From: Hypanus sabinus
Lineage: Eukaryota
Length of the DNA stretch: 64,000 bases
Reading direction: 5' to 3'
NCBI RefSeq assembly: GCF_030144855.1
Contig: NC_082731.1
Coordinates: 29,450,001 to 29,514,000 of the forward strand
Positions 49,490 to 61,215 of this stretch are shown in pieces. The notes below the pieces were generated by a model that ran no database searches, had not been told where the DNA came from, and was given only the letters and a program-made list of their open reading frames with translations. The position numbers were made by a program, and so were the translations under genes. The first letter of the stretch is position 1; each line of letters begins with the position of its first letter.

Positions 49490-51285
49490 CTACAGTCAAT
49501 ACATTGATTTACGAAGATCATTGTGCCAATACTTTCTTTACAACTCTACCTACCTGTGATGCCACTTTAAATGAATTATGGACCTGTATTACCAGATCTC
49601 TTTGTTCTACCACACTTCTCCGTGCCCTACTGTTCACTGTGCAAAACCTCGCACTTGTCTGCATTAAATTCCATCTGCCATTACTCCCTCATCCTGAATA
49701 TCGAGCGACTGAACATTCTTGACCAATCTACCATGCGGGATCTTGTCAAGTGTCTTGTTAAAGTCCATGTAGACAACATACACTGCCTTGCCTTCATCCA
49801 CTTTCATGATAACTTCTTCAAAAAACTCTGAGATTGGTTCCACTTAACCTACCACACACAAAGCCCTGCTGACTAACCTTAATCAGTCCATGTCTATCCA
49901 AATAATTATATATCTGGTCCCTTAGAATAGCTTCCAATAACTTTCCCACAACTGATGTCAGACTCCCCGGCCGATAATATCCTGGTTTCTGTCTCAAGCC
50001 TTTCTTTTGTAAAAAAAAAGCAGAACGACATTGGCTATCCTCTAACCCTCTGGTACCTCTCCTGTCACTAGGGTAATTCAAATATCTCTTCTAGGTCCCC
50101 AGTAATTTCTGCACTTGCCTCCCAGAGGATCCGAGGGGACACCTTATCAGGCCTTGGGAATCTATCCACACTGATTTGCCACTAGGTTACCAACACCTCC
50201 TGCTCTTTAATCTGAACAGGGTCCATGAAGTTGATGTTGCTTTGCCTTCTATAGATTCGGTGTCCATCTCCTGAGTAAATACAAATGCAAAAACAAATGT
50301 TTAAGATCTCCCCCATCAGTTCTGGCTCCACAAATGGATTACAATCCTGATCTTCCAGAGAACCAATTTTGTCCTCTGCAATCCTTTTGCTCTTAGCGTA
50401 TCTGTAGAATCCCTTAGGATTCTGTGTGACCTTGTCTGCTGGAACAACCTTGTGCCTTTTTTAGCCCTCCTGGTTTCTTTCCAGACAGACAGACATACTT
50501 TATTGATTCCGAGGGAAATTGGGTTTCGTTACAGCAGCACCAACCAAGAATAGTGAAGAAATATAGCAATATAAAACCATAAATAATTAAATAATAAGTT
50601 AATCATGCCAGGTGGAAATAAGTCCAGGACCAGCCTATTGGCACAGGGTGTCTGACACTCTGAGGGAGGAGGTGTAAAGTTTGATGGCCACAGGTAGAAA
50701 TTACTTCCTATGACGCTCAGTGTTACATCTCGGTACATCCAAGGAGCTCTCTGGCATTTCTTATACTCCATAAACATCTCAGTTATTCCTACCTGCCTAT
50801 AGTTGCTCTGCACCTCATTTTTTCTCTTAACCAGGGCCACAATATTGTTTGAAAACCTAGGTTCCCTATACTTGTTATCTTTACTTCTTTTTATTATGAC
50901 AAGCACATACAAGCCTCTCATTACCAAGTACACCTTTGCCAGAAAATAGCCTATCCCAATCCACAATTGCCATTTCATTTTGGATGCCATCAGAATTGGC
51001 CTTTCTTCAGTTTAGAATCTCAATCCATGGACAAGACCTACATTCTTGCATATTTATGTTGAAACAAATGGCATTGTGGTCACTGTGTGCAAAGTGTTCC
51101 CCTACACAAACTTCTGTCACCTACCCTGTCTCATTCCCTAATAGCAGATCCAGTATCGCATACTTTCTCTACGTACTGATGAAGGAAACTTTCCTGAACA
51201 CCTTTGGAAAAACTCTGTCCCACATAGTCTTATTGTAGACATTGGATTCCTGAATATCGAATAATGGATGCTCCTCTTTGCCAAC
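49490..51285 (-). mobile_element. Degenerate CR1 LINE with nested Rex-like 3' insertion (~50485-50730)
   Basis: KPGYYRPGSLTSVVGKLLEAILRDQIYNYLDRHGLI motif, among others. Confidence 0.75.
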
Positions 51286-51779
51286 CTCCTGACCTGGCAT
51301 GTCTGCTGAAATACAATGGACTCAGGAAATAATCACAGCCTTTAATGCTCTTAAAACAGCTTTGACAACTGCTCCAGCGTTGGGCATGCCTGACTCTTCA
51401 GCTCCTGTCCAATTAATTGTTAATGAAAGCCAAGAGTTTACCAGCAGTATTTTAACACAACAACACAGAGGCCTCAAATGACCCATTGCATATTATTCTG
51501 TACAATTATCACTAGTTGTAAGAGGCTTGCCTGGTTGTTTAAGGTCTGTCACCGCCACTGTAGTTATGGGAGAAAAGCCCAATCTGATAGTATTGGATAA
51601 CCTTTGTACAGTTTTGGGTCCACATGCAATTTTGCTTATTTTAAATTCAGCGGACATGAAGCATTTTACAGCAGTAAGGTGTACAGGTTATGCAGTCATG
51701 TTGCTCTCTAAACCAAATCTTTATTTCCGCTATGCCCCTGCACTCAACCCTGCTTCTCTTCTTCCGTTAACTGAGACTG

Positions 51780-52791
51780 TGTCATGGTCCGGTCCGTGAA
51801 TTCTGCATTCCGGTTCCGTCTTCCAGCTGTCCCTTGTTTCAGTTGGGAGTAATCATAGACACCTGATTCTCGTCTTGGGGCTGGGAATATAAGTGACCCT
51901 GGGGTCGAGTGTGGTGGCTGGTTTGTCTTGTCAGAATTCCCTTGATGCATCCTGCCAGTGGAAGGCTAGACAGCCATTCGTGATCTCTAGGCCTGGTTGG
52001 AGGACCACTGCTTCATGAAGCCTGGCTGTCTCTAGTCGGAGCAGTCATCATGGTCGGATTCGGCTGTTTCTGGGGCCAGCTGAGTGGCCGTCTGCCACTC
52101 AAAGCTAGATATGGATGTGGCTGTTTCTGCCCTGAGACTCAGAGCCACCCCAGATTGAGCTCCCTTCCTGTCCTTGCCTCCATGGGGTAAGTCATGCCGT
52201 CCTAGCCGTTACCCTGTGGGTGGATCTGTCCCTTCCTGTCCTTGCCTCTGTTGGGTAAGTCAAGCCTTCTTTGCTGTTACCCTGAGACTGGTCTGTTCCC
52301 TTCCCCTCTCCATCTGAATCCCTGACAGTTTCCTTGGCAGTTTACCTCCACAGTCATCCCGGTCCAGCATCCTGGAAAGGGTCCCGGCCCTGCGTTCCAA
52401 GAAGAAGCACCTCGTCCTGCCCAGGAAAGCCTCGAAGAATCCAAGCCTCGTCCAGTCCTGTAGCCACGTCATGTCCTCACCTAGTTCCGGGGTCCGAGCC
52501 CGAGTCAAGACCCAGGTTCTGGGTCCTTGTCCAGTCTCTGGCTCACAGTCCATACTCTAGCCTCAAAGAACCCTAGCCTCATCATGTCCTCACCTAGTTC
52601 CGGGGTCCGAGCCCGAGTCAAGACCCAGGTTCTGTGTCCTTGCCCAGTCTCTGGCTCAGAGTTGAAGCCCAGGCTCCTAGTTCCCAGTTCCTCGTCCTGG
52701 TCCCACTTTTCTGTGTTCCTGTCCCAGCCCCTAGTCAGTGTCAAGTCTCAATTAATTATTAATTTACTCCAAGCTATTGTATTACCTCCAC
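51780..52791 (+). mobile_element. ~1-kb solo-LTR-like insertion inside ERV pol
   Basis: Starts TGTCATGG, 5-bp TSD GACTG (51775-51779 / 52792-52796). Removing it restores LLPLTETGNCHV. It has an internal duplication with 113-bp period at ~52470-52670. Confidence 0.75.
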
Positions 52792-53559
52792 GACTGGCAA
52801 TTGTCATGTTGTGAAGTGAGAAGATGAAGTCTTCATCGGTGATGCCACGGCTGATGACGCTGCTAAGCAAGCTGCAATGACCCAGACCTCTGTGGTCAGT
52901 GATGTCCGGCAGCATCAGGATTCACTCAGCCTTCCGCTTGATGACGTCTGTGCAGCACAAGCACCCACCTGTGGATTTCTCCTGGCTGCACACAAACGGA
53001 GTCTGGCTTGTGGACTCACCCAGATGGATGTGTTGTGTGTCCTAAGGGATTCCTGCATTCCCTCGCTAAGGTGCCGCATTGGCAAGGTCATGCTGGAAAT
53101 GGAGGGATCTTTCATGTGATCACACAACAGTGGTTTGCCCTGGGGATATCAGCAGCCTGTGGCAAAGGAGCCATGACTATGTTTGTTAATTATGTTGTAA
53201 TCTTATAATATTTCTAGTAATAGTTCGACTCCAACCTGCTTGAATTTTGTTAAGTATCTTGTTTTCAGTAGCCCTAAGTTATGGGGATATACCACCACCA
53301 AATTTACAAACCTGTGCTCTTCTTATTGTTTCTGAGTTCGGGAGTAAATGTGACTCCCATGTTGCCCAACCCTGGTCTGTTTGTGCGCAGGACCAGAGTC
53401 TAAGGTAAACTGGTTAGAATTTTCCCATACACTATTTGTTTTGCACCCCTCACGCAGCAGTGGCCCGATCTATCTGAAAACATGAACAGGGTTTATTGGA
53501 CTCTCTTGGTGGGGTGCTATCAATAATGCCCATACTATAGATTATGTAAGTTTAGAATT

Positions 53560-53900
53560 AGAAATTCTAGCTAATTAAACTATAAAAATGTTCTCAATTA
53601 TGAATCAGGAAATGCAAAATCTCTGAGTAGTCGTTTTGCTGAACAGGATGGCCCTGGACTACGTCTTAGCAAAAGAAGGTGGTGTTTGAGCACTAGTCAG
53701 GAAAGAATGTTGCACTTATCGACCGGATGCTTCAAAAATATGACTCAGCAAAACTCAAGCTAAGTTTTTAGGCTTCTCCTAAGGGTTGGGATATTGGTGT
53801 TTTTCTGGTTGCAGTCCCACTTTATGGACATTGCGCAGATTTGCTTGTCATTAGTTATTCACTGCATCTTGCAATGGTTTATTCATCTGACATATACGCC
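53560..53900 (+). pseudogene. env: Retroviral env transmembrane subunit relic
   Basis: LNRMALDYVLAKEGGV*ALVRKECCTY: immunosuppressive domain plus CX6CC with the first Cys mutated to TGA, then a hydrophobic segment. Confidence 0.85.
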
Positions 53901-55395
53901 TTCCCAGTCAAAGACAAAAATGACTATGCTTTGCTTCATGTGAGGTCCCCAAATATGGGAAACAGTGGGAAAGAGGATAGTTTATGATGAACGAGAAGGT
54001 TTGAAAACACGACCACTACCCTCAAGGTATGAGATCCCTTTTGCAGATACCGATCAAAAAGGAGGGAATTGTGGAAGAATATTTCGAATATAGAGCTACA
54101 AGTGCTGTAGTGCTGTATGTTGCTAAAACTTTGTGACCTTGTGGACATCCTGTTTTTTCCAATTAAGTTCTATGTCTGCATAACTAAGATTATTGTGCTG
54201 AACAAAACCCCCTAGTAAAGCAATAATACAGCTGCACAAGATAGGGGTAGACAGATGAGCCACAAATCAACTCTTTGTTTTGCTAATTGGGATGGGGGCT
54301 GGTTTTGCTCAATGCCTGCTACTAGATATAAACAGAAGATGATTCCATGTAACCAGAGTTCCCCACATAAGGATTCTCCATGATATCATGCTAAAATGAA
54401 AGATTCACCACCTGAAGTCTGGTATCGAGCTTTATTTTTTTAAAAAAATCTCTGACACCCCACCTACAAATTTCAGCGCACTGACTGTGGTGTCAGGAAC
54501 ATGCAGGTTCCATTTTCCAGCCACGGGGTTGTGAGACACTCATTTATTACTGAACAGTCTGTGATAGAGACTGTTGGATCTCTGTTTATTTTCTGAGCCT
54601 TAGGGCTCACCTTGGAGTCAAAAAGGCGAGCAGTCTTAATTCCAATATTTCAGTTTATTTTAGAATATAAGCAACGTACAATTCGAAACAAACTAGATAA
54701 AGAGCTGTGAAACGACGCTAAGAGGTGTATAGACAAAATAATAAAGAGGAAGGCAAGATTGCAATTCGGAAATATCACTCACTTTTATGGAGAAGATTAA
54801 GAAATTCCTGAAATGAAGAATAAGCCAACTCATGAACTAGACTATGAAAACAATCACATCACGTGGGTAATGTGCTAATAGCCAAAGAAAAATAAGATAG
54901 GTGGAAAACCGTTTCTTTAACTGCTATACCACTTTGTGCCTGTGAGAGGAGATGAACCACCACACGCTGTGACAAATACATGACTTCACTTAAGAGTACA
55001 AACTTTATACAAAGTGTTATTGTAAAAACACTGGTTTCCTGCAGTTCCCCCCTTTTGATTCTATAAGGACCCTGGCACAATCATGTCTGAAAATTCAGAA
55101 TAATCACTTTTAAACAAAAAATGTAGATTCATAGTCATAATGTCCAATAATTATATTTGTGCTTGAAGTCTCACATTATTCGTTTCAATCTGGAGTTACT
55201 TGAGCTCGTTTGCAGTGGCTGGTGTGTATCCACTTACATTTGACTTCTACGTTAACTGTTGAATTAGTAATTAACAATGCTTGATAAGGACCTTCTAACC
55301 AGGCTCCCGGGGTTCCTTATACAGTTCGTTGACCAGGACCCACTCACCAGGCATCAAGGTGTGTTCTCATTCTGATGTACCTCAACCAACACCCA

Positions 55396-57055
55396 GATGT
55401 ATGGATGGGCCAAGGACATAGGGTAACAGAGGAAATGAAACAGATTGACATTAGGAAGGAAACGGTGATGTGTAGACTGATGGGACTGAAGGCTGACAAA
55501 TCCCCAGGTCCAGATGGTCTGCATCTTAGGGTACTAAAGGAGGTGGCCCTGGAAATTGCGGATGCATTGGTATTAATTTTCCAATGTTCCTTAGATTCAG
55601 GATCAGTTCCTGAGGATTGGAGAATGACTAATGTTATCCCACTTTTTAAGAAAGGAGGGAGGGAGAAAACAGAGAACTATCGACCTGTCAGCCTGACATC
55701 GGTGGTGGGGAAGATGCTAGAGTCCATTATTAAGGATGAAATAATGGCATATCTAGACAGCAGTGATAGGATTGGGCCGAGCCTGCATAGATTTACCAAG
55801 GATAAATCATGCTTGACTATTGGAGTTTTTCGAGGATGTAACCACGAAGTTAGACCAGGGTGATCCAGTGGATGTAGTGTACCTCGATTTGCAGAAGGCA
55901 TTTGATAAGGTCCCACATAGGAGATTGGTGGGTAAAATCAAAGCTCAGGGCATCGGGGGGAAGACATTGACATGGATAGAAAGCTGGTTGGCAGATAGAA
56001 AGCAAAGGGTAGCGGTGAATGGGTGTTTCTCGGGTTTCTCGGTGCCACAGGTTTCGGTATTGGGACCACAGCTGTTTACAATTTACGTCAACAACTTGGA
56101 TGAAGGCATTGTGAATAACATCAGCAAATTTGCTGATGATACTAAGCTGGGTGGCAGTGTGACATGGGATGAGGATGTTAGGAGAATTCAGGGTGACTTG
56201 GATAGGCTGGGTGAGTGGGCAGATACTTGGCAGATGACGTTTAATGTGAATAAGTGTGTGGTTATCCACTTTGGGAGTAAGAACAGGAAGGCAGATTATT
56301 ATCTGAACGGTGTAGAGTTAGGTAAGGGAGAAATACAAAGAGATCTAGGAGTCCTTGTTCATCAGTCACTGAAGGTGAATGAGCAAGTGCAGCAGGCAGT
56401 GAAGAAGGCTAATGGAATGTTGACCTTTATTACAAAGGGAATTGAGTACAAGAGCAAGGAAATCCTCTTGCATTTGTACAGAGACCTGGTGAGACCACAC
56501 CTGGAGTATTGTGTACAGTTTTGGTCTCCAGGGTTAAGGAAGGACATCCTGGCTGTAGAGGAAGTGCAGCATAGATTCACAAGGTTAATTCCTGGGATGT
56601 CAGGACTGTCTTACGCAGAGAGGTTAGAGAGACTGGGCTTGTACACGCTGGAATTAAGGAGATTGAGAGGGGATCTGATTGAAACATATAAGATTATTAA
56701 GGGATTGGACAAGATAGAGGCAGGAAATATGTTCCAGATGCTGGGAGAGTCCAGTACCAGAGGGCATGGATTGAGAATAAGGAGTAGGTCATTTAGGACA
56801 GAGTTAAGGAAAAACATCTTCTCCCAGAGAGTTGTGGTCTGGAATGGACTGCCTCAGAAGGTAGTGGCGGCCAATTCTCTGGATGCTTTCAAGAAGGAGC
56901 TAGATAGCTATCTTATGGATAGGGGAATCAAGGGATATGGGGACAAGGCAGGAACCGGGTATTGATAGTAGTTGATCAGACATGATCTCAAAATGGCGGC
57001 GCACGCTCAAAGGGCCAAATGGTCTACTTCTGCACCTATTGTCAATTGTCTGTTG
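55396..57055 (+). mobile_element. Relatively young 5'-truncated CR1 LINE (RT domain largely open)
   Basis: ORFs 55375-55863 and 55820-56965 include VVYLDLQKAFDKVPH and ISKFADDTKLGG. Confidence 0.95.
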
Positions 57056-57057
57056 TA

Positions 57058-58070
57058 TTGAGGCTCTTTAATACTCCTCTTTAATAAGATACTGAGGCTC
57101 TTTAATGCTCATTTTTAATAAGGTATTGAGGCTCTTTAATACGCCTCTTTAATAAGGTACTGAGGCTCTTTAATACTCCTCTTTAATAAGATACTGAGGC
57201 TATTTAATACTCATTTTTAATAAGGTATTGAGGCTCTTTAATACGCCTCTTTAATAAGGTACTGAGGCTCTTTAATACACTTTAATGTATTGAGGCTCTT
57301 TAATACTCCTCTTTAATAATGTATAGAGGCTCATTAATACCTCTTTAATAAGGTATTGAGGCTCTTTAATACTCCTCTTTAATAAGGTATTCAGGCTCCT
57401 TAATACACCCCTTTAATAAGGTATTGAGGCTCTTTAATACTCCTATTTAATAAGGTATTGAGGCTCTTTAATACTCCTCTTTAATAAGGTATTGAAGCTC
57501 TTTAATAGTCTTCTTTAATAAGGTATTGAGGCTCTTTAATACTCCTCTTTAATAAGGTACTGAGGCTCGTTAATACATCCCTTTAATAAGGTATTGAGGC
57601 TCTTTAATACTCCTCTTTAATAAGGTATTGAGGCTCTTCAATACTCCTATTTAATAAGGTATTGAGGCTCTTTAATACTCCTCTTTAATAAGGTATTGAG
57701 GCTCTTTAATAGTCTTCTTTAATAAGGTATTGAGGCTCTTTAATACTCCTCTTTAATAAGGTATTGAGGCTCTTTAATACTCCTCTTTAATAAGGTACTG
57801 AGGCTTTTTAATACTCTTTAATAAGGTACTGAGTCTCTTTAATACTCCTCTTAAATAAGGTATTGAGGCTCTTTAATACTCTTTAATAAGGTACTGAGGC
57901 TCTTTAATACTCCTCTTTAATAAGGTACTGAGTCTCTTTAATACTCCTCTTTAATAAGGTACTGAGTCTCTTTAATACTCCTCTTTAATAAGGTACTGAG
58001 GCTCTTTAATACTCCTCTTTAATAAGGTACTGAGGCTCTTTAATACTCCTCGTTAATAAGGTACTGAGGC
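57058..58070. repeat. 34-bp minisatellite, ~30 copies
   Basis: Consensus AATAAGGTATTGAGGCTCTTTAATACTCCTCTTT. Period 34 confirmed at 57901/57935. Confidence 0.95.
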
Positions 58071-58074
58071 CAAC

Positions 58075-61000
58075 GGCAGACCCAGCAGGAGACTGGTGGG
58101 AAAGGCGGAAGAGCTACGACCTTGGAAGACAACGGTTGCTTCGCAGGCAGATGATCGAACAAGAAGAGAGGTGGTGATCTCTTTAAACTCTCCCAGCAGA
58201 AGGCAAAGGCAAACCACTGCTGTAACCTGTCAAGTTCATGATTTTCCAATATGTCAGTCTCAATAAAGGTTCAAAAGAATTATGTTAAGGGAGCCACGAA
58301 TAACAGCAGTGGAGTTGTGTCCGGCAATGGTAGGAATGAGGCTACCAGGGTCATTATCAAGCGAAAACCTCATGTCAGGATAGCTAAATGGAATATTAGA
58401 TCTCTTCTTATACGAGGTAAACTAGAAAATGCGGTTATGGAAATGAAAAGATTGAAGATAAACATACTCGGACGATGTGAAAGGAGATGGACGGGGGGGG
58501 GGGGGGGGGTTGGCTCAAAAGGGGTGACGGAGACCAACTGATCCATTCAGGAGGAAGTGAACGTAAGCACGGAGTTGGAATCATGGCAGACAAGGAAACA
58601 GCGAGAACTATCAAAGGCAGTGTCTCCATTAGTGAAAGAGTGATGATGATTAAAATCTCAGCTAAACCATTTGACATTAACGTTATACAAGTCTATATGC
58701 CAACCACGGACTATGACGATCATGAAGTTTGATATGGTCTACAGAGAAATTGAAAACCTGATGAAAAAGACTAAAAACAATGTAGTAACTGTGATTCTTG
58801 GTGATTTTAATGCCAAAGTTGGCAGCGGAAGAATAGTTTTGACTGTGGGACCCTTCAGGCTTGGGGAAAGAAATGACCACGGAGAAAGAGTAGTTGAATT
58901 TGCAAAAACTAACAAACTAATCATTGCGAACATCTGGTATAGACCAGTCCTGATGGTTCAGTAAAAAAACCAATTTGACCATATTTTGGTACCCAATCAG
59001 TTCAGGAATGGAGTGAAGCAGGTGAAAACGTACCCTGGTGCTGACTGTTATACAGATCACAACCCTGTGGTATTGGACATGAGTGTGCATTTGAAGAAGA
59101 TGAGAAAAGCCAAACCATCAAATACGATAGAGTTTGATTAATTCATTAAGGATGAAGCAAAAAAATTGAATATCTGGTTGAAACAGAGAATAGATTTTCA
59201 GTCTTAGGTGTTGAGGGTAGCAACATGGCAATGGAGAACATCTGGGAAGAGTTTAAAACAACAGTGACAGATGTTGTGGAAAATACTTTGAGTTTTCGGA
59301 AAAAGAGCAAAAGACATAACCCTTGGTTCACCGATGAGTTGAGAAAGTTAACTGAAGAAAGAAGAAAGGTAAAACATCAGGATAATGAATGATACAAAGC
59401 CCTACACCGCTTGATTAAAAAAAATGCAAGGAAGCGAAAGAGAATTGGATGAATGAACAGTGCGAAGAAATTGAGCAGTATGAGCAAAGTTATGATTATA
59501 GAGATCTTCACCAAAAGATAAAGGATATGATGAAATTAAAGAGGACTGTGCCACCTACTGGGTGTATTGAAGATGGTAGTGGTAATCCATGCTATAAAAA
59601 GAAGAGACCGTGGACAGATGGGTTGAGTACATCTCGGAATTATTTGAAGATATCAGGTTTGAGGATTTACCAGAACTAAATCAAATGACTATTCAACCTA
59701 AAATATTGATGTCAGAGATGGAAAGTGCGATTTGGAGTCTAAGAGTCAGAAAGGCGGCCAGTGAAGAAAAGATTTCCACTGAAATTCTGAAACCACTTGG
59801 TCTGAAGGGAAAAACGAACCTTTTAGCGATATTAAACAACAGTTATATGACAGGAAATCTTCCGGTGGACTTTCGCAAATCGGTGTTTATCACCTTACCA
59901 AAAAAGCCAAGGACCATAAAATGTAACAAACACAGGACAATAAGCATAATGTCTCACTGCGTCAAGCTACTGATGAAAATAGTGTTCAGCAGAATGAAAG
60001 GTGCAATCAGTGATAAAATTGGAGAAACGCAGTTTGGTTTTCGTAAAGGCTCAGGAACACGGGAAGGAATATTTGCGATGAGAAACATCATGGAGAGATG
60101 CATTGAGGCACAAAAGATCATCTACTTATGCTCTGTTGGCTATGAAAAGGCTTTTGATAAAGTAAGACACCAGAAAGTAGTAGAGGTGCTGAACAAGTAC
60201 GATCCGGGATGGGAGAACATGCAGATAATAAGGAACTTGTATTGGAAACAGAAAGGGTAGAAGATGAGCTGTCACCATGGGCTTGTATTAAACAAGCCGT
60301 AAGGCTGGGCTGTGTTGGATCACCGGATTTGTTCAACCTCTATCGAGAGTGGACTTTCCGGGAATGCGACCATCAGGAGACAGGTGCTCCAATCGGAGGC
60401 TGGAAGTGGATCATATCAGATATGAGGATGACACCACGTTGTTAGCTGAAAGCAAATGTGAACTGCAAATTATGCTGAATAAAGTGAATTAGAAAAGCCT
60501 TGACTTAAAATCAACCCTCAGAAAACAAACTCGATGGTGGTAAGCAAAACAAACACTTAAGACTCATTCATGATGGTATCGTTACAAGTGAATGGACAAG
60601 ACATTGAACAGGTGTGAAAGTTTGAATATCTTGACAGTTGTCTGACAGATGACGGGAGATGTGAAGTTGAGATCAGAAGGGGAATAGGTATGGATAAGAC
60701 CCAGTTCATGAAGCTAAAAGATCTACTATGCAAACGGAAGGTAGACATCCAAAGTAGAATCCGCTTCCTCGAGTGTTACGTATGGTCAGTACTGAGTTAT
60801 GGATCAGAAACATGGACCCTGAAGAAGGATGACATAAAACGAATGAATGCTTTTGAAATGTGGTGCTATCGACGGATGTTGAAGATCAGCGGGGTAGAGA
60901 AAGTTTCAAATGAGAGGGTTTTATCCGCAGATGATAGACCACGGATGTTGCTGGAGAAAAGTATGAAGTTAAAAGTTGCTTATTGAGGACATGCTATGCA

Positions 61001-61190
61001 GAGAGATGACATCTTGTCAGACTTGCTATATGGAAAGAAAGGAAGAGGAGGGCAAGGAACAACGTGTCTGGATAACATCAAGGATTGGACCTAGCTGGAG
61101 AAGACTAGGGATGTTGTAGACAAGTGTTGGGACAGAGCGGAGTGGAGGGAAATTGTCCACCAACTGGAAATTCCAGATGCAACCTAACGG
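58075..61190 (+). mobile_element. Near full-length degenerate RTE-clade LINE (APE + RT)
   Basis: RIAKWNIRSL, HGVGIM, VIQVYMPT, VILGDFNAKVG, QFGFRKGSGTREGIFA, NAFEMWCYRRMLKIS. Many stops and frameshifts, and a G17 run at 58493-58509. Confidence 0.9.
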
Positions 61191-61215
61191 CAATTGAGGC
61201 TTCAGTCAAGCAGGC

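Larger units (their letters stand above)
51290..54468 (+). mobile_element. Endogenous retrovirus remnant (class I/epsilon-like): pol connection-RNase H-IN relics, env TM, PPT and 3' LTR
   Basis: AFNALKTALTTAPALGMPD, LNPASLLP and ADDAAKQAA. env ISD region. PPT AAAAAGGAGGGAAT followed by TG at 54070. The LTR 3' end (~54468) is tentative. Confidence 0.8.

Noticed and set aside
57058-58070. CRISPR-like array of ~34-bp repeats
   Set aside because: Units are contiguous with no unique spacers, there are no cas genes, and the context is eukaryotic.
58493-58509. G17 homopolymer (also G11 at 18271-18281) as a functional G-quadruplex
   Set aside because: Lies inside decayed retroelements; slippage or sequencing artefact is more likely.
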